Shown piece by piece: positions 58,620 to 64,000 of a stretch of 64,000 nucleotides of DNA. How positions within the stretch are numbered: the stretch's first letter is position 1; the number at the start of each line of letters is the position of its first letter. Origin of the DNA: an uncultured Collinsella sp. (GTDB lineage: Bacteria; Actinomycetota; Coriobacteriia; Coriobacteriales; Coriobacteriaceae); NCBI GenBank assembly GCA_902467875.1, contig CABQWP010000001.1, positions 41,266-105,265 of the forward strand, read 5' to 3'. The translations under genes were made by a program, and so were the position numbers. The notes beneath the pieces are model-generated. The model was not told the origin of the DNA, made no database searches, and saw only the letters and a program-made list of their open reading frames with translations.

Positions 58620-58683
58620 CTACCCAGTTTACCTGCGTGTTCCATAACCTGCCGACAATTTTTCGGCAATTTGGAATTTCTTC

Positions 58684-58712
58684 TTGCGCTGACGTTTTTT
58701 GTCCCGTAATAT
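58684..58712 (+). promoter_or_regulatory. Sigma70-type promoter for the tRNA pair
   Basis: TTGCGC-N17-TAATAT about 35 nt upstream of the first tRNA. Confidence 0.55.
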
Positions 58713-58746
58713 ATTTCCTCGCAGCACGGCAGTGCAGATGTCATGT

Positions 58747-58823
58747 GGCCCGTTCGTCTAGCGGTTTAGGACGCCGCCCTCTCAAGGCGGAGATCACCAG
58801 TTCGAATCTGGTACGGGCTACCA
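58747..58823 (+). tRNA. tRNA-Glu(CTC)
   Basis: Acceptor GGCCCGT/ACGGGCT, anticodon arm CCGCC-CTCTCAA-GGCGG, TTCGAAT T-loop, encoded CCA. Confidence 0.96.
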
Positions 58824-58845
58824 CTTCTTTTCTGCTGAGTTCCAT

Positions 58846-58922
58846 GGCCCGTTCGTCTAGCGGTTTAGGACGCCGCCCTCTCAAGGCGGAGATCACCAGT
58901 TCGAATCTGGTACGGGCTACCA
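58846..58922 (+). tRNA. tRNA-Glu(CTC), identical second copy
   Basis: Exact repeat of the first tRNA, 99 bp downstream; encoded CCA. Confidence 0.96.
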
Positions 58923-58932
58923 CGCATCTGAT

Positions 58933-58964
58933 ACCCGGACTTCCCATGGAAGTCCGGGTTTTTT
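58933..58964 (+). terminator. Terminator after the tRNA pair
   Basis: ACCCGGACTTCC/GGAAGTCCGGGT followed by a T run. Confidence 0.8.
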
Positions 58965-59072
58965 GTTATCAAACAACCGTCTGCAATTCCCGTTTGAACC
59001 AGAGCTTTGCGTTCTGCCTATGGCCCTTACGGGTACAATATCCAAGATATTTTGACTGTTAGAAGGAGTCTC

Positions 59073-60380
59073 ATGACGGAGTCCTCTCAGCATACGTCTA
59101 AGCCCCAGGTCGAGGTTGAGGCCTCGGGCGGAGATGACAATAAGAGCGCACGCCGCGGCGCCATCTTTATCGGCGTCGTGCTGGTGGGTTATATCGTCTA
59201 TCTGGTGGTAACCGGGCAGATGGGGCAGTTCTGGGCCGCTATGTCGAGCGTCCAGGCGCCATGGCTCGTTGTCGCGTGTCTTTGCATGTTCATGTATCTG
59301 TTCTTTGGCATTGTGGCCTATGCGATCGCCGTCTGGCTCGACCCATATTCGCCCGTCGGCATCCGCGACCTGATCTCGGTCGAGGCGAGTGGCATCTTCT
59401 TTGGCAACCTGACGCCCATGATGATGGGCTCGACTCCCGCCCAGATCTACCGCCTGACCAAGGCGGGCCAAAATGTCGGCGAGGCCGGCGCCACGCAGTT
59501 CACGCGCTTTATCGTGTACCAGTTTGGCCTCGTTGCCTGGGGCGCTATCCTCCTGCTTGCTCGCATGCCGTTTTTTGCCGAGCGCTATGGCGACATGACG
59601 TTGCTGTGCGTCTTTAGCTTTGGTGGGCACTGCTGCATCTTGCTGGGCATCTTCGCCGTCGCGCTCATGCCTAAGACCGTCACGCGCGTCGCCCATTGCA
59701 TCATCAATTGGCTTGAGCGCATTGGTGTCTCGGCCACTAAGATCGAGGGATGGCGCACGTTTGTCGATGGCGAGATCTACTCCTTCTCCGAGAAGTTCAA
59801 GCTTTCAGCCGGACATTTTTCTTCCATGCTGGTCACCGTGTTTATCACCATGCTGCAGCTCGCGTTTTTCTATCTGGTGCCGTATTTCCTGATGCTTGCC
59901 TTTGGCCACCACGAGGTCGACTTTTTCTCGGTCATGGCCGCGAGCGCCTTTGTCCAGCTGCTGAGCTCTGCGGTTCCCTTGCCCGGTGGAACTGGTGGCG
60001 CTGAGGGCGGCTTTGCATTGTTCTTGGGTCATTTCTTCGGTTCGGCATCGACCGCTGGCTATCTGCTGTGGCGCCTCATTACGTTTATCTCACCGACCAT
60101 TTTGGCTGCGCCCCTGCTGGGGCTTAAGAGCGCTCACAGCGAGAGCATCCATGCGCGCTGGGATCGCGTGATGCGCAAGCTCGACCGCGCGCCTCAGACG
60201 CCCTCTGCGCCCACTAAGCCGCACCCCGCGAATGCTGTTACCGTTGATCCCAAGAAGCAGGCTCAGAAGGCTTCTGGGACCGCTAAGCCGGCTCATAAAG
60301 CCTATGTGCGCCAGACAGGCGACGGTATTCGCGTATCTCCGTCGGCACTCAATAAGAAGAAGCACCCTAAGTCGCAGTAG
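59073..60380 (+). CDS. Lysylphosphatidylglycerol-synthase TM domain (flippase-like) protein
   Basis: Multi-TM; FFGNLTP, PLPGGTGGAEGGF, LLWRLITF; basic low-complexity tail. Confidence 0.8.
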   Translation: MTESSQHTSKPQVEVEASGGDDNKSARRGAIFIGVVLVGYIVYLVVTGQMGQFWAAMSSVQAPWLVVACLCMFMYLFFGIVAYAIAVWLDPYSPVGIRDLISVEASGIFFGNLTPMMMGSTPAQIYRLTKAGQNVGEAGATQFTRFIVYQFGLVAWGAILLLARMPFFAERYGDMTLLCVFSFGGHCCILLGIFAVALMPKTVTRVAHCIINWLERIGVSATKIEGWRTFVDGEIYSFSEKFKLSAGHFSSMLVTVFITMLQLAFFYLVPYFLMLAFGHHEVDFFSVMAASAFVQLLSSAVPLPGGTGGAEGGFALFLGHFFGSASTAGYLLWRLITFISPTILAAPLLGLKSAHSESIHARWDRVMRKLDRAPQTPSAPTKPHPANAVTVDPKKQAQKASGTAKPAHKAYVRQTGDGIRVSPSALNKKKHPKSQ

Positions 60381-60496
60381 GGCAGTCGTGCGTTCTTCAT
60401 GATGCGGGGCATATTTGTGCTGTTTGGGGGATAATCCTCTTACGTAGATTATCTCTCATCTGTTGATGAATGCTCACATATCGAAGGGACACGCCC

Positions 60497-61108
60497 ATGG
60501 CTACCAGCAAACCGCGTCTTGACCGCCGCATCGTTCGCAGCCGCAATGCCATCCTTTCCGCTTTCGAGCGCCTACTCATGGAAAAGCCGCTGGCAGACAT
60601 TACGGTGAGTGCCATCGCGCGCGAGGCCAATGTCGACCGCAAGACCTTTTACGTTCACTTTGGTACGGTTGATGGCCTGCTCGATGCCATTGCCGTCGAT
60701 GTGGTGGAGATGATTGTCGACTCGGTCGAGAAAACGCTTGCTTCCATGGACGGCGACACCAATGAGCGCGCTCTTGGCGCGGCGGCGACCTTCTTTAAAA
60801 CCGTTAACGAGGCACTGTGCAACAACTTGGTGCTCAATCGTCAGCTGATCGAGAACATTCCGCTCGATGATTTTATGGCTCGTCTTCGTGCACCGCTCGA
60901 GCACGAGATTGCCGAGCGCGATCTGCTGCCTCAAGGTCTCAAGGACGAGATGTTCGACTACTATTTGGCGTTTTTGCTATCGGGTATTATCGGTATCTAT
61001 CGCACGTGGGCGCTGTCTGACGGCTCGGTTCCTATCGAGCGTGTCTCGGAGGTTGCTAACGACCTCACGCTCAACGGCCTGTCGAGTCTGGAATCTCGCT
61101 TCGAATAG
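60497..61108 (+). CDS. TetR/AcrR-family regulator
   Basis: DRRIVRSRNAI...ITVSAIAREANVDRKTFYVHF HTH. Confidence 0.92.
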   Translation: MATSKPRLDRRIVRSRNAILSAFERLLMEKPLADITVSAIAREANVDRKTFYVHFGTVDGLLDAIAVDVVEMIVDSVEKTLASMDGDTNERALGAAATFFKTVNEALCNNLVLNRQLIENIPLDDFMARLRAPLEHEIAERDLLPQGLKDEMFDYYLAFLLSGIIGIYRTWALSDGSVPIERVSEVANDLTLNGLSSLESRFE

Positions 61109-61132
61109 CATCGATAATTCAACAACTTAAAG

Positions 61133-61202
61133 AAGTTGCGGTGGAATAGGGATTGTTTTGGTTATTGGAAGGCCGATCTAGTCCCTATTTCACCGCAACT
61201 TA
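61133..61202. repeat. MITE-like element copy 2
   Basis: AAGTTGCGGTGGAATAGGGA, 29-bp spacer, TCCCTATTTCACCGCAACTTA. Confidence 0.75.
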
Positions 61203-61296
61203 GTAAAACTGTTTTGATGGTAAGGCGGAGCAGCCTCGAAGATGAGCCTCGAGACTGCTTCGCTTCATTTCTGAGCGTTTGTCGTGTAGAACAGCA

Positions 61297-62730
61297 TTAA
61301 TCGCCGTTTTTGAGCGTGCGGCCCTGCTTTTCGAACTTGTGCATGTCGCTATCGGCCATGCCCTGCGACTTATCCTCGTGACGCTTGGCGTATAGCGGAT
61401 CGTCGGAGTCGTTCCAGATGCGGTCGGCGACAGGTGACCATGCCTCGGCGGCAGCCTGGGTCTTTTCGCGCAGCTGCTCGGGTGACTCCTTCTCGATGAG
61501 ATCGGTGCTCATTGCGCCACTCTCGGCGACTAGTTTGGGCAGCACATCGGGATTCTCGAGCATGGGGCATGGTTTGAGGTAGTTGTCGTTAAACGGCATG
61601 TTTTCGTAGTACTTCATAAAGAGGGGAGAGCGCAGCGCGTCGAGTAAGCTCACATCGTGGATGTTGGCGTTTGAGTAGTGGATGAACACGCACGGCTCCA
61701 CGTCTCCGGCGGCGTTGATGTGCAGGTAGCGGCGGCCGCCGGCGATACATCCGCCTACAAACTCGCCGTCGTTTTGGAAGTCGAGCGTAAACAGCGGCTT
61801 CTTCTCACGCATTTCGCGGATAAAGTGATACATGTGCTCGCGCTGCTCGGGCGTGGGCATGAGCTCGGGGGTTGCATTGCGGCCAACCGGCATAAAGTGG
61901 AAGTACCAGCAGAAGAGTGCTCCCTCGCCGATCATCCAGTCCATGTTCTCCTCGGTAGCAACCGTATCGGCATTGGCGCTGGTCCAACAGGTGGAGATAC
62001 CAAACGGCAAGTCGCGCTCGCGCAGGAGTTTCATGGCGTGCTCGATCTTTGCGTAGGTACCCTCGCCGCGACGGGCGTCGGTGGTGTGCTCATTGCCCTC
62101 GGCGCTGATGGCGGGGACAAAATTACCTACGCGAATCATATCGTCGCAGAAGGCCTCGTCGATCAGCGTGGAGTTGGTAAAGCAGAGAAACACGCAGTCC
62201 TGATGTTTTTCGCAAATTCTGATCAGGTCGTGCTTGCGGACGAGCGGCTCGCCGCCGGTATAGATGTAGATATGCGTACCGAGCTCTTTGCCCTGTGTAA
62301 CGATAGAGTCGATGTCTTCGAACGAGAGATTCTGCTTGTAGCCGTACTCGGCGGCCCAGCAGCCCGTGCAATGAAGGTTGCAGGCGCTCGTGGGATCGAG
62401 CAGGATGGCCCACGGAACGTTGCACTGGTACTTTTCGCGGTTCTTTTCCTGCTCTGGCCAAGCAAGCAGGTTGGCGTCGACAATGAGGGTCTTAAGCAGT
62501 TTGGTTCGCATCTGGGGATTAAGGCTGAACACACGCATGATCAGGTCATACCAATTGCCGCGGCTCTTGATGACATTGGTGAATGCCTCTCGCTGTACAG
62601 GAAATACGCGATTGGGGACCAGCTTGTTCACGAGGTCCATGATTTTGTCGATGTTTTCTTGCGGGTTGTCGTCGAGATAATCGATGAGCTTGTTAAGCGC
62701 TGCACGCTCTGCTGACTGTGTAAGCGACAT
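61297..62730 (-). CDS. Radical SAM protein with C-terminal SPASM/twitch-like domain
   Basis: CNLHCTGC (CX3CX2C), TGGEPL, CIAGGRRYLHINAAGDVEPCVF, later PCPM. Confidence 0.9.
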   Translation of the reverse strand: MSLTQSAERAALNKLIDYLDDNPQENIDKIMDLVNKLVPNRVFPVQREAFTNVIKSRGNWYDLIMRVFSLNPQMRTKLLKTLIVDANLLAWPEQEKNREKYQCNVPWAILLDPTSACNLHCTGCWAAEYGYKQNLSFEDIDSIVTQGKELGTHIYIYTGGEPLVRKHDLIRICEKHQDCVFLCFTNSTLIDEAFCDDMIRVGNFVPAISAEGNEHTTDARRGEGTYAKIEHAMKLLRERDLPFGISTCWTSANADTVATEENMDWMIGEGALFCWYFHFMPVGRNATPELMPTPEQREHMYHFIREMREKKPLFTLDFQNDGEFVGGCIAGGRRYLHINAAGDVEPCVFIHYSNANIHDVSLLDALRSPLFMKYYENMPFNDNYLKPCPMLENPDVLPKLVAESGAMSTDLIEKESPEQLREKTQAAAEAWSPVADRIWNDSDDPLYAKRHEDKSQGMADSDMHKFEKQGRTLKNGD

Positions 62731-62863
62731 GGGTATATCCTTTCACGTGTGCTTAATGTGTGATAATACCCACTTGTAGATTAAACGAAGTCTAAAGATT
62801 TGGAATGTGTCTATTCAACGAATCAATTTAATTTGGGGTGAAGCGTTATACGCCGACACCTTC

Positions 62864-62881
62864 TAAGTTGCGGTGAAATAG
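62864..62881. repeat. Solo arm of the MITE-like repeat
   Basis: TAAGTTGCGGTGAAATAG, 18 of 18 identical to the copy 1 left arm; no partner arm nearby. Confidence 0.7.
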
Positions 62882-62918
62882 TGTCAGATGGGGATGCGGA
62901 CGATTTCTTGGGCCGCGC

Positions 62919-64000
62919 CTAGGCGTATCCATTGGAATCCTCCGATGCGCCTTCGCACGCTCGCATGACCTCGATACCATGCGATCGTGCGAACTCGACG
63001 AGCTCTGCGTTGCGGGCGTTTATGGTGCCGAAGGCGGCGGGGCACACGATAAGACGCGCGCAGTGGACGAGGAGCTCTTTGGCGCGGGCTATGGTTTTAT
63101 CCCCGATCGGCTCGAAGGCGCGCTCGGCCACGCATTCCGTCGCCAGGTCGCGCGCAAGCTCGCAGTCGATGTCCCCTTCGTGCAGAACGCCCGCGTAGAA
63201 CGCCTTGCCCTGCCGGATTAGCTGGCGAAACACAGCTGACCCCGTACCTGCGCCGGCGATGACGAACGTGTGCGCATCGCCGTGTGGGCGCCCAATTTCC
63301 ACGCTGCCGAAGCGCTCGTTGAAGGTGCCATGTTTAAGGCCGTAGAGCTCGCCAATCGTCTCGCGCGTGAATATGTCCTCGGGTGCGCCGGCGCGGAAGA
63401 CCCAACCGTCCTTCACGCAAATCACCTTGTCGGCGCTTTTCTGCGCGAGCTCGAGTTCGTGGATGGACATGATGACAGCCACATTCTGCGATTTCGCAAG
63501 GTGGCGAAGTATTCGCAGCAGGTCGATCTGGTAGCGGATATCGAGATACGACGTGGGCTCGTCGAGCACGAGCACACGCGGATCCTGCGCGATGGCGCGT
63601 GCGAGCATGACGCGCTGGCGTTGCCCGTCGCTTATCTGCATGAAGTCGCGCTCGGCGAACTCTTCCACATGTGCGGTTTTCATGGCCTCGTCGACCCGAC
63701 TATGGTCGTCGGGCGAGAGTGTGCCCATTCGCCCGGTGTAGGGATGCCTTCCCGCCTCTACGATATCGCGGCAGGTGAGGAGCTCGGTCCGGGGGCGATC
63801 TGTCAGCATAACGGCAAGGTTCCTTGCGAACTCCGCCGTCTTCCATCGGGAAATCTCTCGCCCGTCGAGCTCGACCGCGCCGGCAAGCGGCGCCAGATGG
63901 CGCGTGATGGTTTTCAAGATGGTCGACTTGCCCGAGCCGTTCGGCCCGATGAGCGCCACGACGTCGCCCGCGCGAACCTCCAGATTGACACCTTCGACTA
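62919..64000 (-). CDS. Iron/cobalamin-chelate ABC transporter ATP-binding protein, 5' partial
   Basis: GPNGSGKST, ISDGQRQR, LDEPTSYLD, SIHEL. Frame is open to the window edge; C-terminal extension present. Confidence 0.9.
   Translation of the reverse strand, partial: VEGVNLEVRAGDVVALIGPNGSGKSTILKTITRHLAPLAGAVELDGREISRWKTAEFARNLAVMLTDRPRTELLTCRDIVEAGRHPYTGRMGTLSPDDHSRVDEAMKTAHVEEFAERDFMQISDGQRQRVMLARAIAQDPRVLVLDEPTSYLDIRYQIDLLRILRHLAKSQNVAVIMSIHELELAQKSADKVICVKDGWVFRAGAPEDIFTRETIGELYGLKHGTFNERFGSVEIGRPHGDAHTFVIAGAGTGSAVFRQLIRQGKAFYAGVLHEGDIDCELARDLATECVAERAFEPIGDKTIARAKELLVHCARLIVCPAAFGTINARNAELVEFARSHGIEVMRACEGASEDSNGYA

Noticed and set aside
59011..59040. GTTC-N16-GGGTAC upstream of the flippase-like gene as a SigB/F promoter
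   Set aside because: It overlaps TACAAT, a better primary-sigma -10, and both halves are imperfect.
58637..59062. 141-aa ORF with a duplicated ARSSSGLGRRPLKAEITSSNLVRATT segment
   Set aside because: It is simply a translation of the two tRNA genes.
624..62715. Many long opposite-strand or alternate-frame ORFs (e.g. 624-2189, 18080-20278, 23199-25010, 50169-52280, 53170-54954, 61678-62715)
   Set aside because: They shadow well-supported genes. Long antisense ORFs are expected with high GC3 codon bias, and they show no recognisable motifs.
52359..62881. Repeat-spacer-repeat units considered as a mini CRISPR array
   Set aside because: The arms are inverted rather than direct, the copies are kilobases apart, and no cas genes are present.
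58747..64000. tRNA pair considered as the attachment site of an integrated element
   Set aside because: No integrase and no partial tRNA 3' duplication downstream within the window.

Overview
High-GC chromosomal backbone. Gene content and order suggest a Coriobacteriia gut anaerobe, probably Collinsella-like (inference, not database-checked). Mostly housekeeping genes on the + strand: recG-rsmD-coaD, yceD-rpmF-plsX-acpP-rnc-smc-ftsY-ffh, thyA-folA, ftsH, T-box-ileS-lspA-rluD, rarA, alaS-ruvX-mltG-yqeG-aroK-aroB-like, pepQ-efp-asp23-nusB-xseB-tlyA-nadK-recN, a fructose-family PTS locus (RpiR, EIIBCA, HPr, EI, two PfkB kinases), a CCA-adding enzyme, two identical tRNA-Glu(CTC) genes, TetR, a radical SAM protein and a partial ABC ATPase. 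I see no CRISPR array, prophage, integrase or transposase. Best candidates for new biology: (1) a DUF134-NifB/NifX fusion with a His/Cys tail and two near-identical palindromic operator-like sites upstream; (2) a SigB/F-type sigma factor paired with an apparently kinase-dead RsbW-like anti-sigma and no adjacent anti-anti-sigma; (3) a transcriptional ileS T-box with a non-canonical UGGUUAA bulge; (4) an AroB-like protein missing its catalytic motifs; (5) several families of intergenic inverted-repeat elements (MITE/REP-like); (6) a TetR/radical SAM pair sharing an upstream motif. Four poly-C/poly-G spots, two causing frameshifts (one in alaS), look like sequencing or assembly errors.
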